DNA of 64,000 nt, from positions 19,034,001 to 19,098,000 of the forward strand of contig JBHGNT010000008.1 of the NCBI GenBank assembly GCA_043228905.1, written 5' to 3'. This DNA comes from Azolla caroliniana. Its lineage: Eukaryota; Plantae; Polypodiophyta. The notes below the pieces were generated by a model. The model was given only the letters and a program-made list of their open reading frames with translations. It was not told the origin of the DNA and did no database searches. Shown here in pieces: positions 23,036-35,965 of the stretch (position 1 is its first letter; the number at the start of each line of letters is the position of its first letter). A program made the translations under genes and the position numbers.

Positions 23036-24065
23036 TACCCAAGATATTTAAAGGGAAATGTCATCAAGATATTTTCTTTGACGGTTATCATAATTCTCAA
23101 ATTGTCAATAAAGTTAACCGGTTAAGCCAAGAATCAAACCCTCAATCTCCATGTCGTAACCAAGGCTCATAGCCAATGCATCTTAACACATCATGTATTT
23201 ATCATGTGGTTATGATAAACTTCTAGAGCATACATGCATATTTTCATAAATATTATTTGTGGATATTTTCAAAATATTCTTTTACTACATATAGTTCTTA
23301 AGAACATGCATAAATATGATTGTTCATCTTGTCAATCCCAATAAGGTAAGAAACATGAGTTGCAGAATCATACTTACAATTCATTCATTCTCTCTCAATA
23401 TCTTGTCTCTTGTCTTCTTTCTACTCCGATCTAATTGTCCGTGATAGTGAACCTCAAGGTTATGACTTAAGGCATTCATGATTATATTGAGAAATTGTTT
23501 AAAGGTATCTAATAGAAAATCGAAGTCCTGAATGAGTGTTGCCTATTGTGCCATATGACCCTTGAGGTTCTCGCTCTCACATAATACTTCAAAGACTATT
23601 GATTTGTAGTTATCCGAGAGTGATTTACATATCATTAGTATCTCCCTATTTCCTTGTGCATTCTAAATCTTAGGTAATTTTGTTCATGAATATTGTACTG
23701 ATATTGAGTTGATGAAACTTACTCTCAAGTGAATCAGGTAAGTTAGATGACAGAGATTGATACTCATATTCTTAAAAATCACATGATGGACGCAACTTCT
23801 TACATGTAAATCTTACTAAATCAGAAACATATGATGTCATGATCACCAGGGAGTGAAGAACTGTAATATTTTGTAGTCCTAACACATGTAGCTGTAAAGT
23901 CATGAGAGGTGGTAAGCATATTCATGCATTGTATGTATTTATAATGGATAAAGGGGCTGTTTTCCCCTACAAGTTGATCTCAAGTCACGATCAACACCAA
24001 CCACAGGGCATTAATCCATTGTTTGCTATTTGTCCAGGGTTCTTGATATCTAAAAATAAATTACA

Positions 24066-24140
24066 AGGTTCCCTTGTAATTTAAAAACAATATTCAAGGT
24101 TCCCTTGTAATTTAAAAACAATATTCAAGGTTCCCTTGCT
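24066..24140. repeat. 31-bp tandem repeat, ~2.5 copies
   Basis: AAGGTTCCCTTGTAATTTAAAAACAATATTC repeated directly, just downstream of the WDR92 stop. Confidence 0.85.
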
Positions 24141-24259
24141 CATGTAAAATACTTCTTGTATTACAAAACAATATTCTAAGCTTAAGGTTGTTGTCAGTAA
24201 AAGTATTATCAATTTTACATTTCTCTCTATATATATATTGCATATAATCTATGACGAGA

Positions 24260-27200
24260 CTACAGCTTATGTAACTTTGTCACAATTACAACTCGAACAC
24301 ATTGATCAAACGACCCCATGACAGCCAATCCTTCTTTATCTGGACTCCTGAAACATCCAAACATTGCTAGTTATGTTAAGGATCTAACAAGTTTGGTAGT
24401 GCATATATATGAAATATAGTATACCAATCAAAGCAGTTGATAGGTTGGGTAGACATTACTGAAGATGATAATGGTTTCACCTTCCCTACAACCTGCACCA
24501 AAAATAATATGGAAAGCAGCTTGATTGTTATCGTTGTTAAGACAATGATAATAACATTTACAAAACTCCACAGGCTAACATTGGCGTTCACATAACAATG
24601 ATAATATCTTTACACAGAAGTGTTCATGTTAACATCGATGTCCAGTCAAATATGAGAGTAGAAACAAGCCAGCATTTCACATCATTTTCAAATGAAATGG
24701 AAAAAACACAACATGCACGGTCTTAGTCTATATGCAGTAAGGAGAATGTCTTTTTCTTTCTTGAGTCAATAACAGGGAGCTCACAGCTTGGATACCAATC
24801 AGAGCACTATTTTTGTACACCCTCAGAGCTATCCACATAGAGAATCATATTCTGTGCATTCTACGGTTTTCCTATGTGTTTTGCAGTAATGCGGAGGAAA
24901 TGATAACAAAAAGTTAGCTCTAAACCAGATCCTTTTTTATTATAAAAGGTTTTGTATATTATGTACAATATAGACATCAAAAAGATGCAATTCAGGCTCA
25001 CTTACAGGAAAGAAAGATGACAGGAAATAGTACACAAATTCAGCTTATCTATAACATACATACCCCATAAGCTTTTCCCTCCATATCCTTTAGAGAACGT
25101 TGTTCTGGGTAATTATATTTGTAAAGAGACAAAGATCCATCTCCCCCAAGCACAGCAAAAACCTCACGGTTCTGTGGCAAATGCTTGACTCCCCATATGG
25201 TAGAGCCATGTGACATCTAAAATCATATATGGACATTTGTCAATGGATCATTGAAACAAAGAAAAGAATTGTGTGAAAAAAAATCATCTAATGGCAGTAA
25301 GAACCTTTTCTGTAAGACAAGCAAAACCTGTCTCTGGGTGTTGTGTCCTTAGATCAAATACCTGAAATGTTCACATATTGGAAAGTGCTTCAAAGTCAAG
25401 AAAAGTGTATTCGCATAGTTACAATACTTCAAAACAAGGAATGTCTTTTACATGGAATTTTGATTCCAATGTGGTTGCAACACATTTGTTCATCTTGATA
25501 TCTTTCCTGTCAAACTGAATGCTGCAAACCTGGATAAGAAATCATTTAAGAGATTGCTACATCAAATTTTATATTCATCTTAACGATATTCAAAAAGTTT
25601 GGAAAGTATTCCATTGACTATAAAGATAATACAAAAAGCAACAAAACAGACAATTACAATCAATATCAGAGCATATACCTTAGCATCAGTATTTGAATGA
25701 GATTAGGGAACTATTTTTGCCTTGCACTTGAAAAGGAATTTAAAATTATACCCATATTGAGAATCCCTAGATTTGATATGGGCCCGACAGTCAGGACCCA
25801 GAAATGGCTGTGCATAAGAAACAATGTAGGTTGTATATCTCCATGTAATGTAGCAAATAATAAAATCTTTTCTTTCCTTGCAACCCTGGCAGCATCCCAC
25901 TGACTCATTAGTCTCTAGAGAGTGAATCAACTCACACCATATAGTGACCGATATATCTGATGTCGGCTGGATCTCATCACCAGAGTATCAGCTTCTCTAG
26001 ATACAGCATTAAGGTGATTCTGGAAATGTACTAAAAATAATCTCTATTTGCTGATTCACCAAATCATCAAGCAAGGTGTCCAACATGCCAGGGTAATATC
26101 ATGAGGATGTCATCACATAAACAACGTCCAACAGAGGTTAAGATTCCCATCATAAGACGAACACAAATGTCAATTCTATGCCACAGCAGGAGTATCCCTC
26201 CCCAAGAAAAGCCAAAACTGAGTAGTGGGCTGACTGCACACCAAACAATCGGAGCATGGGGACAGAGCCACAGATAATGTGTGCACCACTCACAAAGCAC
26301 CTAAGGGCTCACCAATCTCAACTTACTAAAATAATTACTTGTTAACTACTGGCTTAAAGAATTGCAATAGTGCTCACCCCATTACTCGTACTTGTTTCCC
26401 ATCTGACTTTGCACATTTTCAAGTCAAATAACTTTATGTCTCCATTATCATAGCCTGAAAATGGGTGAAAGAATGAATTTCCTTTCATTTCATTATTTTA
26501 AAAATTACAATTGGTAGATGTGCTAGTTCATGTTAAATCATTTTTCATCAGATAACATCTGAACTCAGGATAAGCACAAGGTCCCACTCTAAAGATAGAT
26601 ATGATCACCTGCTAGCACACACCGCTCTTCATCATTGTATGAATTTCCTATTTTCATAAAGAAAGTCATACACATATGGGGTCATTAACTCATTAAAAAT
26701 TTTGAATTAAGTCTATACAAAATGTAGTAGTGCATATTTCACAATGCTCCTAGATATGATCCACCTTGGACTAGCCCAAAGTAAGATTTCCTCCTAATAA
26801 TCAAACAAAACGCCAAAAACAATGAGGTTACCAAAAGATACTGCCCAACAGTCTCTCGCAGTATCTTGAGATTCCGGTTCAAATGCAACAACCTGGCAAT
26901 TACAAGATAACATCAAATTTCAAGACTATATTTACATCAAGTAAAGAAAGAAAAGAATATTTAGTAGTAAGCAATGAAGTGTAATAAGACAGATTATGTG
27001 ATTTCATCCTTCAAATGCTATCTCTATTCATCACTAACATAAAGTGTAAAGTCGGCACCTAGAATGCAAAGACTAAAGGGAGGCCATTTTGTTCAATGAA
27101 GCTCCCAATTCAAGAACAGAAAAAAATCATCTTGATTCAAATGCTTCTAAGCCGGTTGACTGGATGGTAGATAGTGGAGCTAAAATCACAGATGTAGCGG

Positions 27201-30200
27201 AAGTATTGGTTCCAATCCCTGTAGCAAATCATATGATCAACTGCAAAATGACTATCGACTCTGACAGTCAAAGTGCCATATTGTATCCTAATGTAGAAAC
27301 TTCTTAATACAATTTGTATGGTAACAAGTTACACAGTATTACGTCCTATTTGATGTTGAAATGTTGAAAGGAGTTCATCAAAATAAAAAAATAACCATTT
27401 ATACAAATGACTTTCAAATCCTTGGGCTACAAATCAATATCTTGTTGTAACATTATCAGAGTCAATAAAGTGAATAAAAATTTCAAATTAGTATGATGGC
27501 AAAACTCTATCCCTCTAGATCCTTTACAACTCGCCTGCAAATAAACGCCTTTCATTGCACTTGACCACTCATCCTAGAAGATTAAAGCATTAGTCTATTC
27601 CTTTTTCTTTTTTGTCGTGGTATCAATTTGGTATTGGTCAAGGCTATAAGAAGCATCAAGGTAGGGAAAGCCATTGCTATATTCAACCTCTTCTTCCATT
27701 CAAGAGTGTCACAGTTTCAGAGCTACTAAGTGTGCAGCATAGAGAAGAGCTAGGATTCATAAATAATCGAGTATTCTATGTTTCATTATACACCACTGAA
27801 GAACTTGTTTACTTAATCATAGAGCACACTTACAGGATCCTCCTTTTGACGTTGGTCCCATATGCAAACCCTTCCTACAACAAAGGTTGTGTTAGATTAC
27901 TCAATAGATCAAATATTAATTTTAAAATGTAAAAGAAAATATGCATTAAATTACCATCCCTTCCACCAGTGACAATTTCTGGGGCACCATAACCAATTCC
28001 CAATCCACCACATCCATCAATTGCATTGATAATGCTTTCATGCGCTGTGGGACAGCAAATTCAAAATAAATTTCCATTCTATATGTATAGATACCAAGAT
28101 ATAGAAGTCTTTACGTCTACACTACATAGTCATAGCAATTGCAAATCCATCAATGCTTACTGAGCAACGCATTCAATGTCCAAACATATAAAGTCCAGAA
28201 AGAAGAAAAAACCTTTTGCTTCAAAAATAGGAATGCTGAGTTTTTCCAAATCCCTGACCAAACATGAAGCTTGAACTTAGTATTCGTGTGATTTGAAATG
28301 AATGATTACAAGCATTTGAAAAAAATGAAGTTCTTATTGTGTTACCAAACATGTAGATTGCCTTTAAAATCTCCTGTTGCCAGTTGCCTATCAATCTAGC
28401 ATACAAGAATCAAATATAGAAATCAATCTAGCTCTCTATAACTCTAGGCTCATATATTATTCTAAATGATTACACGATAGCTTTCTGAAAATGGCATAGC
28501 TTGACACAACAATGATATTGTGCCAGATCAAAGAATGACTATGTTAGATATGATACAAATATATCAATATGCACACTGTGAAATCCATATCCTGTCAGCC
28601 TCAGACAATAATAACGGACCTTTGTGACCTTTTGTGAATGTGAGATAGACATTCTAATTACCAGGCTTGATGCACCAAAGGTTCCACACTTGAAGCTAAT
28701 TGATTTCTCTGCCTGCCAAAAGAAGCAAACAAAGAATTTCAAGAGCCTTTCTACAAAAGCCTGAAAAAAGTCTTAGGAAACGGTAAACATATGATTTTAA
28801 ACCAGACAGGATTCAAGTACCTCAGCAACCTTGTTCAAATCTGAACCATTCAGTTCAAAGACCTGGAAAAGATCATCCTTCAGAATTGTGAAAGTAGCAT
28901 GAAATGCAGTCCAACCAAAAATAGTAAATTGATTTTTAACTAAAACATCACTTTCTGTGCCCTGATAGTTAGCAAGATATGATAGCTGATAATGACTCGA
29001 ATAGTCACGAGGAAAATAGTACTTCAAACAATTGCCCTTTGCGATATGTTTGAGTTTTATATATTAACAGCAGATGAAGTCCATAAGAATTGTCATGCAG
29101 CCTAATTCTGAAAGTAAGTATCAAATAGTACATATATATACGTCTGATGATGACTAGGCGGCTGAGATGTCAAATGTACAAAATAGTTTTACTATGGACG
29201 TCAATAAAAGAGATATGTTTATGACAAAAATAAATGAAGAATAAACATATCATTCATATAGAGCAAAAATAAACATCACATAAAAAAGCAAAAAGTTAAT
29301 AAGGGCTAAAACCTGTATAGTTCCGGTTGTTCTTGCTGTTGAACCAAGGAGCACAAACCTTGCACTGCAAATGAGACAAATGAATTCAATTTAATCTCAA
29401 TTAAATAGACTCATGAAGACATCTGTAGACTGACATAGTTGTCTGTGTTCAGAAACAGGCATTATTCGCTGTGGCTGGAAAATATTCTAGACATTATGCA
29501 ATAGTCAGATAGGTGCTTTTAACATTTGGACAACTGAACCTCCCCACAATTATTGTTACAATACCTAGATAACTGAGGCCTCTTGCTTTAATGATGTCAA
29601 AGCTGCCAATTACCTTTTACAACTATAATCCCACCTTCCAATTATTTTGCTTCATGATATGTATCACTTAAGAGATTTTTGTAATTATTTAGTGGTTGTC
29701 ATGTACATGCTGTAGAATTCAGCACAATACATGGAATGTATGGATACTACAAATCGATTTGTTGTAAAAATATTTAAAGAAATTCTTATGACCACAAAAG
29801 CAAGATATTCTCTTGATGATACCCACAACAAGAGTAGGAATGTGGAAAATATCTGGGTCAAACACCTTCTTGAATCTCTAACTAGACGTGTGACTTATCT
29901 AAATCCACACAATTCATTGGGAAGGTCTATAAATCTAATTTAGCTTTGTTTTTGCCATAATGGAAGCAAAACATCATCGGCCATAAAAAAAAGCAATCCA
30001 TGAATGAGATGAACTGAAACCGCAATGAAGCAGGATGAAATATAACATAACATATTGCGATGCAATGAAATATACTATAGTCTATAATGTAATGTGACGA
30101 AATCAAATGGAATGACATGAGATGAAATCAAATGAATCAATAGACTCGGTTATCTTATCTTTGTACACTACTACAGAATGGATTGCTTTTGGCATAACTA

Positions 30201-30992
30201 AAGAGGCACATACCAGCATGGCATTTAGGCGAACTGAAGAAAGCCAGAAATCCCTAAAAGTGCCATTTTGGGGAGGTACAGGATATATCAGCATATGCAC
30301 AATTTTGGCACTCATGAAAAAAAATCCAAAAATTTTAGCACTTGTGCCAGACATATCAGGATTTCTGGAGGTCTAATTCCAAATTAAGTAGAAATTTCGC
30401 AATAAGGAATGTTAGCAAAGCCTAGAAATATGCTTTCGTATAGTTCTCACAATAGTTTCCGCAACAAGACGTTGGGATGCAGCAAATCGCTTGGCAAATG
30501 GAATGTCATGGAATGTCTTATGACATGAAATGTGATGGAACGTCTTATGACATGACATGTGATGGCACGTCTTATGACATGAAATGTGATGGCATTGAAT
30601 GTAAGGGAAATGAGAGGCATGGAGTGTAGTGGAAGGCAGTGTGAGATGGAAAGGAATGGAATGTGATGTGATGTGATGACAGGAAATAGAATAGAATGGC
30701 ATGCAATGGAACGTGATGATACAAAATGGGAATGCAATGGAATGCAATGGAATGCAATGGAATGCAATGGAATGCAATGGAATGCAATGGAATGCAATGG
30801 AATGCAATGGAATGCAATGGAATGCAATGACACGAAATGGAAATGCAAGGGAATGCGAAGAAATCAAATGAAATCATATGAAAAAGGGAATGGAAAGGAG
30901 AACCTGCTGGGGACCCAGAGGGTGTCGTAGATGGTGGTGGTGAGAGACTTGCTGATATGCGCAAGAATCTGAGGCCTGTTTTTTGCATCCAT
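24260..30992 (-). CDS. WDR92: WD40-repeat protein WDR92 / DNAAF10 (axonemal dynein assembly factor), 16 exons, 358 aa
   Basis: Exons assembled by hand, all GT-AG and phase-consistent: 30992-30904, 29364-29313, 28862-28821, 28712-28662, 28395-28346, 28253-28213, 28044-27955, 27874-27834, 26892-26832, 26647-26609, 26454-26378, 25529-25452, 25361-25305, 25216-25064, 24492-24425, 24347-24260 (1077 nt). Recognisable WDR92 motifs: [76 protein letters not shown]. Confidence 0.96.
30495..30895. repeat. (GGAATGCAAT)n satellite core (10 perfect units, 30729-30828) in a degenerate 5-mer array; WDR92 intron 1
   Basis: Read directly. Related degenerate pentamers also occur at ~29995-30135. Confidence 0.95.
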
Positions 30993-31542
30993 GTAAACCT
31001 AAACCGCAGAGAGACAGAGAACAGAGAAACAGAGAACAGGAGACCGAGCCAAGAAAATGGAGTGAGCGTTTTCTGTGTAGTTTTTACTCACACACAAACA
31101 AAAACAGAACAAAATGAAAGAAGAAGGTTTTTTTTTTTTCCTTTGACCTTATTGGTCTTGGTCATGGTCATGGTCATGGCTAGGGTCATGGACATGGTTA
31201 GCAATGGGCCCGGTTTCGGCTTAAACCGAACCGAACCGTTAAACCATGGTTTAAAAGTTTATAAGTTCCAAAATAATTAAATGGTTTGGTTTGGTTTTAA
31301 TTAAGGGAAAAGTACCAGGATACCCCTGGAAGTTTGTCTATTTACCAGAATGCCCCTGAAAGTTCTAAATTTACCAAACTACCCCTATGTCTAAAAAAAT
31401 ACACTCTATAAAGTAAATATACACTCAAATGTACAAGCCATATTTACCAAACTACCCTTCAAACAGAAAATTCTTTACTTAGTGATTATTTGGGTAGTTT
31501 TCTCTCCCTTCTTGTTCATCATCAATCGTCTTCATAAGGTCA

Positions 31543-31605
<63 letters not shown>

Positions 31606-31759
31606 GTGTTTATATGTAGTCATTTTTAGATCTTCTCAGGCGAGGTTCATAACCAATTGTCTGTGGTGAGAAGCTATGTATAGCTAGATCAACATAAGAA
31701 TCTAAGTACTCATCTAACCATTTGAAATCACCTTATGCAAGAGCCCGTTGAAGATAAGG

Positions 31760-32170
31760 GATAAATAGCTGTGCATATCCATGTGTAGAAAGAACCACTT
31801 CTTCCATAGCTTGGCAAAGCCATGGAATACTCAAATATCCACCTTCATCGGTTGACTTCAATCTCTCCAACTACTGACAGAGATTGTATCTCTAACATGT
31901 GATTCTCTTCTTTGGGTAGACTTTCAAACAAAATCAATGAAGTCCAAGATATTGTATCTCTAACATGTAGTTTATCGAAAACCTAGCTCTCTCGATTGAG
32001 CCACATTTTGCATAAGTATCAACCAAAGTGGTAGCCAATGAGATATCATTATATAGGAAACCTCTCGAATCACATTCTACATGTACATGAAGACTTGTTC
32101 TCATGTCTCTTAACCTTATACAAGCCTTGAGCAAAGCAACAAAAGTATTTTCATTTGGATGTGAAGAAGA
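31760..32170 (-). pseudogene. Captured PLS-class PPR gene fragment inside the MULE
   Basis: PNENTFVALLKAC...VH...TTLVDTYAKCGSIERAR followed by a frameshift. Confidence 0.82.
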
Positions 32171-32278
32171 AACATCAACGTTTCTCATTGTTTTGTATTA
32201 GATCCAATGCTTTCTTCTTCTTCCTCTTCTTGTTCTCTCTGTCTCTCTCTAATTTTGATGTTTGATGTCTCTCATAGA

Positions 32279-34076
32279 ATGGCTTTGGTGGAGGGAAGGC
32301 AGTTTGACTCTTTGAAGGAGCTTCGACAAGCTGTGAGAGATGATGCAATTGGCTCTCATGTTGAGCTAAGAGTGATCAAGACGGATAAAACAAGGTTCAC
32401 ATGAATTTTGCACTCATATGCTTTTACACTCGCTTGACTTTTAATCTTAAATTTGTGCTCACATGACTTTTGCTAGATTAACTATTGCATGCAAAAATTC
32501 TGGATGTCGATGGAGGTTGCATGCATCTTGTATTGAAGGAGGTCCAAAATGCCAGATCAAGAAGAATAGGGAAGAACATAAATGTGGTGGCACTCAACAC
32601 TTAGGGAACAAAGAAGTAAGCTCAAAATGGTTGGCTGAAACAACATTGGAGAAGTTTAAAGATCATCCTACATACACACCAAAGGAACTAATTGGTGATG
32701 TGCGTCGTGAAAAAGGCGTCACTATCTCTTACAGGGTAGCTTGGAAAGCAAAAGAAAGTGCACATGCTCAAATCCATGGGGATCATGTATTTGCATATCA
32801 AAATCTTCGAAATTATTGCCAAAACATTTTAGAAGCTAATCCTGGTAGTGTGGCACATGTTCAAGAAACAATTGAAGGCCGCTTTCTTCGCATATTCATT
32901 GCGTACAATGCAAGCATAAATGGTTTCATGCATTGTAGACCAATAATTGGTCTAGATGGAACTCATTTGAAAGGAAAATATCTAGGAATCCTTCTCACGG
33001 CTACTTCCATCGATGCACAAGGTGCTTTGTTTCCGATTGCATTTGGTGTAGTAATAGCAGAGAATGATGATAATTGGTGTTGGTTTCTTCAAAGTTTGAA
33101 GGATGTTCTTCGACATACAGATCCACTAACGTTTATTTCAGATAGACAAAAGGGTTTAGTGGATGGTGTTATGTTGGTGTTTGGCAATGATACATCACAT
33201 GGATATTGCATGCGCCATCTATCAGACAATTTCAGAAAAGCTTTTAAAAGCACTCAACTAATGGGGATGTTGTGGAAAGCTGCAAATGCAACTAATACTC
33301 AAGACTTTGATGTTATCATTGGAGAAATTCACACTTTAAATAGTAATGCAGCTAAATGGCTAATGAGCACCGCCGACCCCTCACATTGGGCTACATGTAA
33401 GTTTTCAGGGAAAAGGTTTGGACACTTGACATCTAACATTGCCGAGTCCCTAAATGCATGGTTGTTAGAAGCTAGAGCTATGCCTATTCTAGGGATGATG
33501 GATTTGATACGCCAGAAGATAATGTCATGGTTTTATGAAAGGAGGGTTAATGGAGAAACCTCTAAAGCACGTATTGGATTGGTTAATGGAGAGATAACAC
33601 ATAATGCATTGGTTGGATATGCAGAGAAATTCATTAGAGAATCCATACAACGTGGAAGACTATACCGTATTTTGCCATCTACTAATGATGTTTTTGAGAT
33701 CCATACTCCGAAACATGTTAGGATTGTTTATGTGGATAAGAAGATATGTACTTGTGGACAATGGCAGGATATGGGGTTACCTTGTGCACATGCATCGGCT
33801 GCTATTTTGTTTCGAAAAGAAAGAGTTCAATCTTTTGCACACAAGGCATATTTGTTGCAATCATATTGTGATACTTACAAGGAGCCAATATTTCCTGTTG
33901 TTACGCATGATAATTTTGTTGGAGGCATGTTACCACCAGCCACACGAAGACCTCCGGAACGTCCAAAAACCAAACGTATACGCACAATAGAAGAAGGCAC
34001 AACTAAGAAAGAGCATCGTTGTGGAAGGTGCCGTGGGAAAGGACACAATGCTCGCAGTTGTAGGGCCCCAATTTAG
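32279..34076 (+). CDS. MuDR/MURA-type transposase, 2 exons (32279-32394, 32477-34076), 571 aa, apparently intact
   Basis: MuDR DNA-binding domain (F..LKELRQAV...C-x4-C-W...H-x-C), GLDGTHLKGKY, FISDRQKGL, C-x2-H, TSNIAES, SWIM (CTCGQWQ..GLPCAH), C-terminal CCHC. The GT-AG intron preserves frame. Confidence 0.92.
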
Positions 34077-35428
34077 TGTTGATTGTGCATCATTAGATAT
34101 TTTGTTGAGTCGATAGATATATTTGATTTTTTGGATATTTTGGAATTACATTTTTTGAATTGGATTGGTAAATTTTGGAATTACATGTATTTGATGTTCT
34201 TGTGTATAAGTAAGAGATGGACAGGTAAGGAATTCGTTGTAACTAGTTTCGTATGGAAAGGAATGGAAGAAGTTTGTCCAAAATTAGTAGTAAGAATCAT
34301 TACAATGATTTGTTATAAGAAAAAATTTTGTTCTTTGTGCTTTTGCTACTTATCCTTATGTGTGTCTGATGCTAGTAGTCGTTGTTCTTATATGAGAGAA
34401 ATATAGTAGTAACTATGTGGAAACTATTGTTCTTTCGTGCAGAATGTTATTGTATGGAAAAAAGGAAGAAATTCGTCTAATATATATGCAGAATCTTTGT
34501 TGTTTCACTCTTCATGATTGTTGTTTGACAAAAGTAGGCAGATGCATCATGCAGAGGACACCGTCTAACTCTAGTTTTTACCCATGAATATTTGGAGGAA
34601 ATATCTGGAATATTTGGAACTATGGGTGTATGATTGCAATGGCACCCTAGTTCTTCTTCTTGTAGATTCAAAGAGCATAGAGAACGAATTGGTTCACTAA
34701 CTCTATAATCTCTAATGATCACTAGTTATTGCAAAATCTACAACATTTTTCGTCTATGGATTCAATATTGCAATGCAAAATTGGCATTTCTCTCTATATA
34801 TCCAGATGGGGTGTGTGAAACATTTATATGTAATTGCTTACAGTAGAAACCAAATCCTAATTGCTATTTTCCCACAGATTCAGATGAATAATGCAATTTT
34901 ACAGCAAAATCTGTGGAACGCAATTCAAATAGATTATTCAAACCTTCAAAAATCTTAATTCTGAACCCTTTATCCTGAGAGTTAACATTATGTGAAATCA
35001 CAAAATTTGTTTTCTTACACAAAGTTTGTCTTTCCTTCTGTTTGTTTCCTTCTTTCTCAGTCTCAAACTTTATGTTACATATTTACTGTGAGTTGTTCGC
35101 AACAAATTTGCCTTAAGGTTGCAAACACATTGCATCCTTTTTTGCAACTTCTATCAAATTCTGGTTCCTTTTTTGAGCAATCACAGGGGAATATTATGAA
35201 GTTTGAACATTTTGGGTGAATACACCCATAATCCCTTGAAAACCTAGTTCCTTTCTCCCATAGATCCTGGGTGAATATATCAAGTTTGGTCTACAGATAC
35301 ACAAATTACAACCAGAAGTTTTTATTTTCATGATCCGAAGGGAGTACATGGAACATTTTTGGGAAAAAAAATCTTAAATCTTATCCCTTGGATTAAATTA
35401 TTTTTGGTCCATGACTACAGATTTCTAT

Positions 35429-35965
35429 TTACAAGCTATTTTTGTTTCCTAGAGTATTTTTGGGAGATTCTGCAGCCATATAGAATTGTGGATCATGATG
35501 AGAAGAATAGGAGGCTTTGCTAATGACATTCAAAATGTGAGTATCTCCTCCTACATATGGGAGCTTCCCATCCATTGGCCGAGACATGATCTTTCCACCG
35601 AAGCTACACATTAACTTGATTTGATCATTGGTCGAAGCCTTAATCCGAGTAAAATCAGGATCCACCCCACCGATAGAGTTTATCCGAGTGGAAGACAGGT
35701 CCGAATCAGAAAGGTAATCCAAAGTCGATACTTTGGATAGATCACCATGTTGCTTCCCCTTACTGCGGCATGATGGTTCTGATGCGTAGGGTCTAAGGGA
35801 TACCCCATTTGATGGCCGTATCTTCGTGCTCGTGGTGATGATCAAAGGAATTAGAGCTAGGGTTAAAGCTTCCCTCAGAAAGACGATGTGGTGGCCACGA
35901 TGTTTTTTGGCTATCCTTACCACAATTTTCTTCTTCTCCGATGCAATAATATCCTGCACCGCCAT
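35429..35965 (-). pseudogene. ORF containing a captured plant PB1-domain N-terminal half, inside the MULE
   Basis: IKLMCSFGGKIMSRPMDGKLPYVGGDTHIL matches the plant PB1 consensus KxLCSFGGKILPRPxDGKLRYVGGETR. The domain is truncated. Confidence 0.8.

Noticed and set aside
27089-27307. ORF with DWMVDSGA, similar to a Copia protease motif
   Set aside because: Nothing else fits a protease; it lies antisense within WDR92 intron 8 and is probably chance.
30412-30988. ORFs with ([10 protein letters not shown])n or ([10 protein letters not shown])n repeats
   Set aside because: Translations of the GGAATGCAAT satellite inside WDR92 intron 1.
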